From a virus (taxonomy: Duplodnaviria > Caudoviricetes), in IMG/VR virus record IMGVR_UViG_3300020042_004802, positions 1-46,416 of that record: 46,416 nucleotides of DNA; one strand, 5' to 3'. Within the stretch, counting starts at the first letter, position 1, and every line of letters begins with the position of its first letter. The notes under the pieces are model-generated. The model was not told the origin of the DNA. It worked only from the letters and a program-made list of their open reading frames with translations, and did not search any database. Below are positions 19,769 through 27,817 of this stretch, piece by piece. Both the position numbers and the translations under genes were made by a program.

Positions 19769-19975
19769 ATGATTTTTAAGAAAGAAAAGGCTAAAGAGTT
19801 TGTTCCACCAGAGAGTTTTACTCCAATGAGTAGAGAAAGTAAAGAGAAGATGTCAGCACCTGCTGCTTACAAATCTACTCGTTTATGGGCAAATGATTCT
19901 ATAATTGATTCTAAATCACAATCTAATCCAGGTTCTCAAACCAGTGGATTAGAATATAAGTTATCTAAAAAATAA
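19769..19975 (+). CDS. Small hypothetical protein
   Basis: 68 aa, tightly packed; shares C-terminal motif with 19094-19294. Confidence 0.6.
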   Translation: MIFKKEKAKEFVPPESFTPMSRESKEKMSAPAAYKSTRLWANDSIIDSKSQSNPGSQTSGLEYKLSKK

Positions 19976-19976
19976 T

Positions 19977-20168
19977 ATGGCTCACAAAGTAATATCTTTT
20001 GGAGATTTTGTTTATGAAGATCCATTCTCCAAAGTTGCTGCTGAAATAAGAAATCAGCCAATATCCGGATCTTCAAAGGTTAACGTACCGGAACCTAAAA
20101 AGGACAATGCGTCCTATTCGATTATTAATGAATCCGGGATGGATAATCCAGGATTAATCAAAGGATAG
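19977..20168 (+). CDS. Small hypothetical protein
   Basis: 63 aa, begins 1 nt after the previous stop; ends SII...NPGLIKG. Confidence 0.55.
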   Translation: MAHKVISFGDFVYEDPFSKVAAEIRNQPISGSSKVNVPEPKKDNASYSIINESGMDNPGLIKG

Positions 20169-20170
20169 TT

Positions 20171-20638
20171 CTGAATCTCAATAAACCACACACCCGCCTA
20201 TGCCCTGTGTGCCAAAAAGAACTGGCATATAGGGACGTGTCGGAAAAAAATAGATCTGAAAAGAAAAAACTTCCCTGTAGACCTTGTTCTAATTCGTCTA
20301 GAGCGGGGAATAATAGCCACGAAGGTATTTCTGTCTCTTGGTTTAATTCAAAGGCTAGGAGGGCAAAACAAAGGGGCTACGAGTTTAGTGTTACAATAGA
20401 ATGTATTTGGGACATCTATGTTGCTCAGGATAAAGTCTGTGCGCTGTCAGGTGTCCCAATCTTATTTAGTGATACAGCTTCACTTGATAGAATAGATAAC
20501 TCTATTGGATACACTAAGGATAATTTACAGATTGTCCACAAAGACCTTAACTATATGAAATACACCTACTCACAGGATTACTTCATAAAAATGTGTAACT
20601 TAGTAGCTACAAAACATAAAGTTGAGCGTGAGTCGTAA
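20171..20638 (+). CDS. HNH-like (His-Me finger) endonuclease with N-terminal Zn ribbon; start uncertain
   Basis: CALSG...ASLDRIDNSIGYTKDNLQIVHKDLNYMK. The first CxxC (CPVC) begins upstream of the listed GTG 20207, so the start is probably CTG 20171 or nearby. Confidence 0.7.
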   Translation: MNLNKPHTRLCPVCQKELAYRDVSEKNRSEKKKLPCRPCSNSSRAGNNSHEGISVSWFNSKARRAKQRGYEFSVTIECIWDIYVAQDKVCALSGVPILFSDTASLDRIDNSIGYTKDNLQIVHKDLNYMKYTYSQDYFIKMCNLVATKHKVERES

Positions 20639-20661
20639 ACTCCTCATTTACTGCGTACAAT

Positions 20662-20928
20662 ATGAAGAAGTCAGCTGAGTACTATAAGAAGAATCCAGAA
20701 AGCTACGCTAAGAAATTAGAGTATGATAAAAAGCATAATGCTAAACCAGAACAACGCGCGAAGAGAGCGGAGTTAGTAAAGGTTAATCGTGATCGTGGTA
20801 CCTATGGAAATGGAGATGGTAAGGATGCCTCACATACTAGCAAAGGTATTGTAATGAAAAAAGCCTCCGTAAACAGAGGCTCTAAATCAGATACTGCGGG
20901 CGATCGTCGCGCGCGTGGAGGGAAGTAA
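20662..20928 (+). CDS. Small basic protein with degenerate HNH-like motif
   Basis: GNGDGKDASH...SVNRG, Lys/Arg-rich. Confidence 0.6.
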   Translation: MKKSAEYYKKNPESYAKKLEYDKKHNAKPEQRAKRAELVKVNRDRGTYGNGDGKDASHTSKGIVMKKASVNRGSKSDTAGDRRARGGK

Positions 20929-21063
20929 TTAGTCTTCCCCTAAGAAATCTTCTCCCTTATAGTCAGGATGGTTCTTGTGCATATAGTCTATGCCTTTAAC
21001 CCAGTTGTATACGATTATAAATAATATAGCCATTGTAATTAAAAATATGCTTGCTGCTGTCAT
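20929..21063 (-). CDS. Small membrane protein (44 aa, MTAASIFLITMAILFIIVYNWVKGIDYMHKNHPDYKGEDFLGED), not in ORF track
   Basis: Translated by hand; ATGA overlap with upstream gene; one hydrophobic helix. Confidence 0.65.
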   Translation of the reverse strand: MTAASIFLITMAILFIIVYNWVKGIDYMHKNHPDYKGEDFLGED

Positions 21064-21584
21064 TGTAGTAAGGTTGATTCGTAAATTACTTTCTTGTCTA
21101 ATCCCTCTTTTCTAGGCGCTTCATAAATTTCAATTACATCTATCGCCTTGATAAAATACGCTTCGAAGTATTTGTCCTCTTCGATCGATACTAAAGCCAA
21201 GAAATCTTTATTTGATGGGTTGATCGTTACCGGATCGTTAGGTTGAAACACCCAACTTACCGGATACAGCCCCATTGCAATACAAGACTTGACGTGAATC
21301 TTTGTATCCCCGGCAGTTATATCAGCATCGTAAGATTTCTTATTAGCTTGATATATCATAATATCGGGGAACGTAGCATCCTTGCCTTGTTTCTGCAACA
21401 GGTTCCATACGGCAAATTCAGCCATCTTCCCCAGGTAGATATCAGCTATAACCTTTTTGCGGTTTGACTGATTCCTGGATTCGTACATCTCTCTGTTAGT
21501 ATCGTAAACTTCCTCAGCAAACATTGAGGATAGCTTCTCCTGATATCCATCAGGCTCTATAAGCTTTACTTTCTTTGGTTGCAT
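21060..21584 (-). CDS. Hypothetical protein, possible PD-(D/E)XK nuclease fold
   Basis: GKMAEFAV...PD...YDADI...IHVKS; start placed at MQPKK. Confidence 0.5.
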   Translation of the reverse strand: MQPKKVKLIEPDGYQEKLSSMFAEEVYDTNREMYESRNQSNRKKVIADIYLGKMAEFAVWNLLQKQGKDATFPDIMIYQANKKSYDADITAGDTKIHVKSCIAMGLYPVSWVFQPNDPVTINPSNKDFLALVSIEEDKYFEAYFIKAIDVIEIYEAPRKEGLDKKVIYESTLLQ

Positions 21585-21951
21585 ATGATAAAATATGTAC
21601 AATTAACTTATAATGTTTCTTCCCGAGATTTTCATCTGGATAAATTTGGATTCCTTTGCAGAACTTTTTAGAGTCATCTATAATGTAATGAGCCTTCTTC
21701 ATAGTATCCTCCAGTATCTTTATCATAGGGACGGTATTACTGGCATCTAAGCGACTATTAAAGTATAGTGTTATAATGTACTTATCTATTTTCTTTGATC
21801 GCTTAGGTAGCAGTTGAAGGAAAAGGTTAGACCAAAAATCTTTTTCTTTGTTACGGAATGACCAGTGTCTATTCGCGTACCATTTATTAAGAGATAGATC
21901 AACCCCCTCCCATTCAATATTTATCGTGGCAATTTCTTCGTCTATTATCAT
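21550..21951 (-). CDS. RusA-like Holliday junction resolvase
   Basis: SLNKWY...RLDASNT...KILEDTM...IIDDS acidic-residue spacing as in RusA. Confidence 0.65.
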   Translation of the reverse strand: MIIDEEIATINIEWEGVDLSLNKWYANRHWSFRNKEKDFWSNLFLQLLPKRSKKIDKYIITLYFNSRLDASNTVPMIKILEDTMKKAHYIIDDSKKFCKGIQIYPDENLGKKHYKLIVHILSYATKESKAYRA

Positions 21952-22208
21952 TAATGGAGTCCTATCTTTTTGTTGTTAACATTGATTGTAACATCAAGAG
22001 ATATATCGTATCCATTAGCGGCTAAATTGCGAACAACCTTTCCCAATAAATTGAATCCTATCTTGCGATGATTGTTTTCGAGTAAGGAGATCTGTATAAC
22101 AGATCCCTTACCAACAAATCCAGCTTTCTCTGCAAAATCTTTCTGCTTTAATCCTAATTCACTTCTAATTTGTTTTATGATACTGATCATATTCTTTTTC
22201 TTTAGCAA
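21951..22208 (-). CDS. XRE-family helix-turn-helix regulator
   Basis: IKQIRSELGLKQKDFAEKAG...ISLLENN. Confidence 0.8.
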   Translation of the reverse strand: MLKKKNMISIIKQIRSELGLKQKDFAEKAGFVGKGSVIQISLLENNHRKIGFNLLGKVVRNLAANGYDISLDVTINVNNKKIGLH

Positions 22209-22306
22209 ACTTATTCTTTGCTTTTTGTATTTTTTGTCTGTGAATACTATCTAATTGATTATGTATATTAGCCCAGACTTCTGAAAATGTAGGTTGAGGA
22301 TTCATA

Positions 22307-22777
22307 TTACTTCGCGGTATATCTAAGTGTTTGAGAACTTGACTTTGCTGGCGGGAAATATTCGATCGCTTCTCCGGTGTTTTCATCTACAACAACTGTT
22401 TTAGATTTAATACTTTTAATGAAAGCTTCGATATCTTTTAGCTTTTTTGCCTCCCCATCAACAATTGCTTTCTGATCGACCCAAGCCTTACTGGCAGAAT
22501 AATCATACTTAGCGGGAGTATCTACCACTTTAAGCTCGGAGTCATAGACTTCCATTGCCATTTTGTCCATCAAAGAAAGCTCATTAATTGCAAATTCTTG
22601 CAATCCTTTTTCAAGCTCCTGAGCTAGAATAACATACTTGCGACACATAATAATGTCCAAGCTAGGTTCCCCTCCATTGTGAGCCAAATTTTCTACATAT
22701 TGGTTTACAATGCGAGAGATTCCATCCCTATTTAATTCAACAATAGGGGATTTTTTAATTAAGGATATTTCGTTCAT
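22307..22777 (-). CDS. Conserved Bacteroidota-phage hypothetical protein
   Basis: Likely start MNEISLIKK 1 nt after the SSB-like stop; KYDYS...ETGE-like...PPAKSS pattern. Confidence 0.6.
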   Translation of the reverse strand: MNEISLIKKSPIVELNRDGISRIVNQYVENLAHNGGEPSLDIIMCRKYVILAQELEKGLQEFAINELSLMDKMAMEVYDSELKVVDTPAKYDYSASKAWVDQKAIVDGEAKKLKDIEAFIKSIKSKTVVVDENTGEAIEYFPPAKSSSQTLRYTAK

Positions 22778-22778
22778 C

Positions 22779-23498
22779 TTAGAAAGGAAGTTCGTCGGTT
22801 TCGAATGATGGGATATCTGGTGCGTCTCCAAACTTTGGAATGTTAGAAGGAATTTCTTCTGCGTGAACTTCTTCTGCCTGAGGTTGCTTATTAGCATTAG
22901 CCTTGCGCGCTTTGAAGTAATCAGATAGCGCATCATAATTAACATCTGAAGCCTTGCTAACTGATTCTTCAATAGCATCTCCTAATCCAAATGTTGGAAC
23001 GTAATATGTAACCGCGCCATTCTTTTCTTGCTTAGATCCAGTAACTACAAAGTAATTAGTTAAGAAAGACTTACGACTATCCTTTGCAAACTTAGACCAC
23101 TCCATTAATGCAGATGCCTTAAAAGATAGGTTAACGATCTCGCCATTTAATTCAGCATATAAGCTAAGAGTAAATCCAGCAGAAGGAATAATTTTCTCCT
23201 TGATTTCTTGATACAAACCTTCCGCAATAGGGAATTTACCTTTGAATGCGCGAACCGTTAAAGGTTCTACCTTTGTATTCTTTACTTCATTGGCATAGAT
23301 TGCAGAGTTGGAGTCTTTATCCCATCCTTTAACCGTAGCTAATTCATCGTAATGAATAAATTTAACAGGTAATGCTAAATTCTTATTAGCCTTAGCTTCC
23401 TTATCCCAGTAAGTAAAGCATTTGTCATTTGAAGACCACTCCAAGAATTTCTTTACCGGAGTCTGTAATGTAGTTGGATACGCGTCTGAACGTGCCAT
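22779..23498 (-). CDS. Probable single-stranded DNA-binding protein
   Basis: 239 aa beta-rich body with acidic tail ending DELPF; replication-module context. Confidence 0.6.
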   Translation of the reverse strand: MARSDAYPTTLQTPVKKFLEWSSNDKCFTYWDKEAKANKNLALPVKFIHYDELATVKGWDKDSNSAIYANEVKNTKVEPLTVRAFKGKFPIAEGLYQEIKEKIIPSAGFTLSLYAELNGEIVNLSFKASALMEWSKFAKDSRKSFLTNYFVVTGSKQEKNGAVTYYVPTFGLGDAIEESVSKASDVNYDALSDYFKARKANANKQPQAEEVHAEEIPSNIPKFGDAPDIPSFETDELPF

Positions 23499-23516
23499 AT
23501 TATTTATTTGTTTGGT

Positions 23517-23693
23517 TTAAAAATTAACTGTTTCTAATTCTTCGAATTGTGTCAAGAACACTGCTCTTGTAGTTAAGCGACTTAACCTTCTTTCGATCTT
23601 TGATTTTAATGCACCTCTTCTGGTGTAACTGTTGGGGTCAATTGCGAGCGCCTCAGCCTGGCTGATCACATCGCTGTATCGAGTTTTTCTCAT
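23517..23693 (-). CDS. Small hypothetical protein (MRKTRYSDVI...)
   Basis: Start moved to ATG 23693 because the longer ORF start overlaps the promoter at 23714-23744. Confidence 0.55.
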   Translation of the reverse strand: MRKTRYSDVISQAEALAIDPNSYTRRGALKSKIERRLSRLTTRAVFLTQFEELETVNF

Positions 23694-23713
23694 TGTTTTA
23701 TTGATTTCTTTGA

Positions 23714-23744
23714 CAAAGTTAACAAAAAAGAATAACATTCCAAA
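23714..23744 (-). promoter_or_regulatory. Bacteroidota sigma70 promoter
   Basis: Minus strand TTTG-19 nt-TAACTTTG, consensus match, just downstream of a terminator. Confidence 0.8.
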
Positions 23745-23763
23745 TAATTGATAAAATATTTTT

Positions 23764-23798
23764 AAAAAAAAAGATAGCCCGCAAAGCAGACTACCTTT
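23764..23798 (-). terminator. Intrinsic terminator
   Basis: Minus strand AAGGTAGTCTGC-TTT-GCGGGCTATCTT followed by a T run. Confidence 0.75.
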
Positions 23799-23836
23799 AT
23801 ATCCTCTATTATGAAATCAAATAAACAAAAAAACAC

Positions 23837-24175
23837 CTATTGTTTGGTTGGGGTAACATATTTATACGTTACAATTTCTGCGCCATCGTTGAATTTTAAT
23901 CCAACTTCTGACTTAATGTCTTTTCTATGAGCCTCAAGCTCTTGTTCTAAAGCAATAATGTCTTTTTTTAATCGAGTAAGATAGACTAATCCATCCATTA
24001 ATTCTTCTCGTAGGTGTTGCGCCCAGTCAGTTACTGATAGATCTGTACGATCCATATCGGTACCATACTTATCGTAACCTTTCTTGGCGCGTTCGCCAAA
24101 CTCCTTAATGATATCGAATACAATACTATCTGTAAATGTAGTCGTTTGTTCTATAATATTTTTATTCGACTCCAT
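23837..24175 (-). CDS. MazG-like/all-alpha NTP pyrophosphatase-like protein
   Basis: KGYDKYGTDMDRTDL...WAQHLREELMDGLVY, containing an EExxD motif. Confidence 0.55.
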   Translation of the reverse strand: MESNKNIIEQTTTFTDSIVFDIIKEFGERAKKGYDKYGTDMDRTDLSVTDWAQHLREELMDGLVYLTRLKKDIIALEQELEAHRKDIKSEVGLKFNDGAEIVTYKYVTPTKQ

Positions 24176-24515
24176 ATTCTTTTAGTATATCAGATATTTT
24201 AGTTGCACATTCCATTTTCTTATCGTTATCGATCCCTTCTAATTTTAATGCTACATCAAACAAATAATCTGCCTGGATTGACGCGTTAATAAATTGATCT
24301 AATACAGCCATCTTCTCATCTCCTCCATCTGCAGTCATCAATACATCCACCTGGGATTCTAATTCTTTCACTAAAAGGTTTGAGTACTGCTTAATCTTTT
24401 GGAAATGAAAGTTGGTTGCCACTACTTTTTCGTCAACAAAATCCCTAAGAGACTGGCACTTTGCATAATAGCAAATCATATCCCGCATCTCTTTGTCGGT
24501 TAATAATCTTTTCAT
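24162..24515 (-). CDS. Hypothetical protein
   Basis: 117 aa, overlapping neighbours in the operon. Confidence 0.6.
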   Translation of the reverse strand: MKRLLTDKEMRDMICYYAKCQSLRDFVDEKVVATNFHFQKIKQYSNLLVKELESQVDVLMTADGGDEKMAVLDQFINASIQADYLFDVALKLEGIDNDKKMECATKISDILKEYGVE

Positions 24516-24967
24516 TGTTCTTGTTTATATTTTTTGATTGTTCGGTAATCTATTTTGCCCCCGTGTTTATTAAAGTATTCGATGATTGCCCCCGGCTTTA
24601 GATTAAAGCATACTGCTTCGAAAACAATCATTCGTCTAATCTTATCAACCCAGTGTAACTGGTGCCTAGTAAAGAAGGCTTTCTTTAAAGTATTGTTTAC
24701 TGTATTATGTTCTTTTCTAAGATGTTTAGCTAAGGCTTTATCTAAATATCTAAATACAGATTCATTCTCGCGTTTCTTTTCCCGCATCTTTTTAAACCGA
24801 GGAATCTGCTTAAAAGATAGGAATTGATTTGCTGTCACATAAACATATAATCGCTCTTTGCAATGGGGGCAAATAATCCTCCTGTTTATTCTTGAATCCG
24901 CATAATCTTCATCGATCAATCCTTTGCAGAATTGACATTTATAATTGTCTTCAGTAAAACCTGCCAT
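24512..24967 (-). CDS. Zn-ribbon protein
   Basis: CQFC...CPHC at the N-terminus; basic C-terminus. Confidence 0.6.
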   Translation of the reverse strand: MAGFTEDNYKCQFCKGLIDEDYADSRINRRIICPHCKERLYVYVTANQFLSFKQIPRFKKMREKKRENESVFRYLDKALAKHLRKEHNTVNNTLKKAFFTRHQLHWVDKIRRMIVFEAVCFNLKPGAIIEYFNKHGGKIDYRTIKKYKQEQ

Positions 24968-25212
24968 TAATAAAAGAAAGGAACATCCATCAAGATCGGA
25001 GTATCAATATTTGAACTCCCCCTCACATTGTACTCAAAATGATCAATTGCGTCTTCATCACTCATCCCTTCTGAAATAAGAATATCGATGCATAAAGGTA
25101 CGCTATATATCAATTTCATATTCTGTTGATCAAAACCAATAATAGCATCATCAAATCCATCCATTATCATAAATGTCTCGTCGGGAACTAAATCTAGTAT
25201 TTCTTGTAGCAT
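24967..25212 (-). CDS. Conserved small acidic phage protein
   Basis: DGFDDAIIG...YS...AIDHFEYNVRGS motif. Confidence 0.7.
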   Translation of the reverse strand: MLQEILDLVPDETFMIMDGFDDAIIGFDQQNMKLIYSVPLCIDILISEGMSDEDAIDHFEYNVRGSSNIDTPILMDVPFFY

Positions 25213-25214
25213 AA

Positions 25215-25469
25215 TTACATTTTAGTTGATAGGCGACCAATAACATCTTCGATAATCCTTCTTGTCATATCTACTTGGTCCTCATTAGAAAGTGGTTTAT
25301 TTTTTTCCGCTAGGCTTACTCTTTTAAGTAGCCACTGCAATTCATCTATTCTAGTTTTATACTCGTCGCAACGCTCTTCGCTGACGTATTTAGTCAACTT
25401 CTCGTATTGCGCTTCTTTGAGTTTAGCCCGCATATTATTCATCCGGTCTAGTATTATTTTCTTTATCAT
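25215..25469 (-). CDS. Hypothetical protein
   Basis: 84 aa; ATG 13 nt downstream of the tRNA-like element. Confidence 0.6.
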   Translation of the reverse strand: MIKKIILDRMNNMRAKLKEAQYEKLTKYVSEERCDEYKTRIDELQWLLKRVSLAEKNKPLSNEDQVDMTRRIIEDVIGRLSTKM

Positions 25470-25482
25470 ATTTTAAATCTAG

Positions 25483-25575
25483 TAGTCAGAATGGGAATCG
25501 AACCCACACCTCATCTCTTTCGAGTGCTCTAATCCTCAAGGGTCAATTTCCTTATGACCTTTAAGCTACCTGACT
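25483..25575 (-). ncRNA. tRNA-like element lacking an anticodon loop
   Basis: Acceptor AGTCAGG/TCTGACT+A; T arm GTGGG-TTCGATT-CCCAT; D stem GCTT/GAGC with inserted hairpin GGTCA/TGACC; anticodon arm reduced to CTC-GAAA-GAG. Confidence 0.7.
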
Positions 25576-25685
25576 ATATAGTTACCCTCACACCAACTCA
25601 GATAACTATGTTTGCTCTCCTTCCTACTAACGCTGAGATTTTACGCTTTCGGTAATATGGTGACTAACTGTTTTTAACCCTGACC

Positions 25686-25717
25686 CAAAGATAGGTAAAC
25701 GTTTTTGTTAAGTCAAG
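25686..25717 (-). promoter_or_regulatory. Bacteroidota sigma70 promoter upstream of the tRNA-like element
   Basis: Minus strand CTTG-20 nt-TATCTTTG. Confidence 0.7.
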
Positions 25718-25947
25718 TTTTGCGACAAATAAATCTTAAATTCTCTTATCTGCCTGTAAGATGCCTGTTGTGCGCGACCTTTGGAGTGAATCAATCTACT
25801 AAGATTGGTTCTAATCATATCAATGTCACTATGGCAAATAATTCCTTGCTTATACCTTACTTCTTTCGGCTCATTATTCTCTTCAAGATATTCTGTAGCC
25901 CATTGAATGGCTTTTTCATAGTTTTCATTCTTTGCATCGTCTGCCAT
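25708..25947 (-). CDS. Hypothetical protein
   Basis: 79 aa in a packed minus-strand array. Confidence 0.55.
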   Translation of the reverse strand: MADDAKNENYEKAIQWATEYLEENNEPKEVRYKQGIICHSDIDMIRTNLSRLIHSKGRAQQASYRQIREFKIYLSQNLT

Positions 25948-26079
25948 CTTACATCTACCTTATAAAAATACCACTCAAATAATCTAATATGGGGGACAAT
26001 ATTATAGCGCAACTCTCTAGGAACATCCTGATATTTTTCTGCGCGGTATATGATTCCCCAGAGTTTAAGGTAGTAACCT

Positions 26080-26322
26080 CTAACTCTCCTGAAGTTGTAT
26101 CGTTTGAACTGCATCTCTGAATTTGTTGATAGTGGCGGCGTTCGTTTTAGTCCATCCGTTATAGGACAGGTTAGCTTCAATTCTGTCGTTGACCGCTCCA
26201 AGTAATCGGTAGCGATAGTTTCCTGCTTTGTCATAATAGTTTACTTTAAGTTCGTTGTAGTCAACTATGCAAACCTCGTTTCCATCAGCTGACTTGTAAT
26301 GCATTAATTTAATCTTCTTCAT
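26080..26322 (-). CDS. Hypothetical protein
   Basis: 80 aa in a packed array. Confidence 0.55.
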   Translation of the reverse strand: MKKIKLMHYKSADGNEVCIVDYNELKVNYYDKAGNYRYRLLGAVNDRIEANLSYNGWTKTNAATINKFRDAVQTIQLQES

Positions 26323-26497
26323 CTTCGTCGTAGGTTAATTGTTTAACTAAGTCTTCCATATAACGCGTCTTCATAGCGACGTCTTTGTTGCCATTCCAAA
26401 ACTCGGAGTAATGTTCGCGAGGGATAGCGTACCATAGGTCTTCATATGCGTTCCTCCAGAATACATATGGATAAAGGTAGATTGATTTATTTTCCAT
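26309..26497 (-). CDS. Hypothetical protein
   Basis: 62 aa, aromatic-rich (LWYAIPREHYSEFWNG). Confidence 0.6.
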   Translation of the reverse strand: MENKSIYLYPYVFWRNAYEDLWYAIPREHYSEFWNGNKDVAMKTRYMEDLVKQLTYDEDEED

Positions 26498-26508
26498 TAG
26501 ATTATTAT

Positions 26509-26766
26509 TTATAACATTTCTTTTAAATGTTGAAATACGGATTGGGGTCTTTCCCAGTTTTTATATGCATCTTCAACTGTTTCTTCGAAGTGTTTTTTAA
26601 ATACGGGCACTGCTGTCGGATAGTCTTTAAAAAATTTAGCTAAATTGATGTAATCTTGTAGGTGGTATAATTCGCCACGAGAGTTGCTATTGAATATTCT
26701 TTCTCCATAGTCCTCGATATCAAGAATCTTTAATGCCTCTTTAAATGTAATTTGTTTGGTTTCCAT
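26509..26766 (-). CDS. Hypothetical protein
   Basis: 85 aa with A-rich leader. Confidence 0.6.
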   Translation of the reverse strand: METKQITFKEALKILDIEDYGERIFNSNSRGELYHLQDYINLAKFFKDYPTAVPVFKKHFEETVEDAYKNWERPQSVFQHLKEML

Positions 26767-26785
26767 TGTCTTGTTGTTTAAATTT

Positions 26786-27121
26786 TTAGTAATCTCTTAC
26801 AAGCGAATATGTTCCGCAGTATTCGTCTTTCCAGCCATTAACCAATGCCTCAAGGAATAAGAAAGAATCCGTGTCAAAGACCATATATTCCTCAAGCCAT
26901 TCCTTATTATAGTCACTCCAGATTTGCCGAATGATACTTACTGATTCGTGTTTTGTATTTTTGCACAAAAACAATCTTGTTCTTGAACCATATCCAGATT
27001 GGTCAGTGTATTCGTAAACTTCAACAATTCCATCCCTACATTCCAAGTAATCATTTACGAATGATTCTTTTTTGTTTTCTGAATCAAGAAAAATCTTGTC
27101 ACCTCTATTTAATTTTTCCAC
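26786..27121 (-). CDS. Hypothetical protein
   Basis: 111 aa, acidic. Confidence 0.6.
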   Translation of the reverse strand: MEKLNRGDKIFLDSENKKESFVNDYLECRDGIVEVYEYTDQSGYGSRTRLFLCKNTKHESVSIIRQIWSDYNKEWLEEYMVFDTDSFLFLEALVNGWKDEYCGTYSLVRDY

Positions 27122-27401
27122 TAGCTTCTTTCAAGCGTTGGGGAGCTTGCGACCCATAAGTTTCGTTATAGTATTCTTCTGTATCTAATCCATAAATATG
27201 CCCTAAATCGTGATAATCTCTATAAGCATTTTTTATCTGCTCTTTCTCTAATTCTAATAAATGTTTTAGCTCTAATTTAATACCAACGAGTGCCATTTGA
27301 TAACCAACGATACCTTCTTTACTTTGGTCAGCCATTGTTGAAACACCAATTCTATCTTCAATCATTACTGCTAATTTCTGTATTGCTGTTTTATTTTCCA
27401 T
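27105..27401 (-). CDS. EKEQI...YYNETYG family paralogue 3
   Basis: Start placed at MENKTAIQ by alignment with the two upstream paralogues. Confidence 0.65.
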   Translation of the reverse strand: MENKTAIQKLAVMIEDRIGVSTMADQSKEGIVGYQMALVGIKLELKHLLELEKEQIKNAYRDYHDLGHIYGLDTEEYYNETYGSQAPQRLKEASGKIK

Positions 27402-27603
27402 ATGTTTCGTTGTAATATTTTTCTGATGCAGGTATATCATCAGGATACATATAATTTCTACTAAATGCTTTCATTATCTGCTCCTTCTCCACCTTTAATA
27501 ATGATTCAATCTTATCTTCAATCATCCTTGGTGTATCCAAATCCATCGGGAATGTCTTCCTTGTCCATTCCAACATTTGTTGCATTGCTGTTTTATTTGC
27601 CAT
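27391..27603 (-). CDS. EKEQI...YYNETYG family paralogue 2
   Basis: MANKTAMQ...EKEQIMKAF...EKYYNETYGK. Confidence 0.65.
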   Translation of the reverse strand: MANKTAMQQMLEWTRKTFPMDLDTPRMIEDKIESLLKVEKEQIMKAFSRNYMYPDDIPASEKYYNETYGK

Positions 27604-27817
27604 ATGTTTCGTTGTAATATTGCTCTCCGTTTATATTTTCTTTTAAATAATATCTTGGAACTATTGTGTTGCCTCTTTTATACCAAGCTTCCACTATCTG
27701 CTCTTTCTCCATTTGTTTGGCTTGTTCAACCATTAAATGAATACCTCCAATATCGTGCGGAAAATATTCTCCTAATTCTTCAATTAACCATTCTACTGCT
27801 GTTTGTTTATCCTTCAT
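27593..27817 (-). CDS. EKEQI...YYNETYG family paralogue 1
   Basis: MKDKQTAVEWL...EKEQIVEAW...EQYYNETYGK. Confidence 0.65.
   Translation of the reverse strand: MKDKQTAVEWLIEELGEYFPHDIGGIHLMVEQAKQMEKEQIVEAWYKRGNTIVPRYYLKENINGEQYYNETYGK

Noticed and set aside
25857-26234. 125-aa ORF as listed
   Set aside because: Overlaps both neighbours extensively; at most the internal MQFKRY... portion may be real, and I cannot support it.
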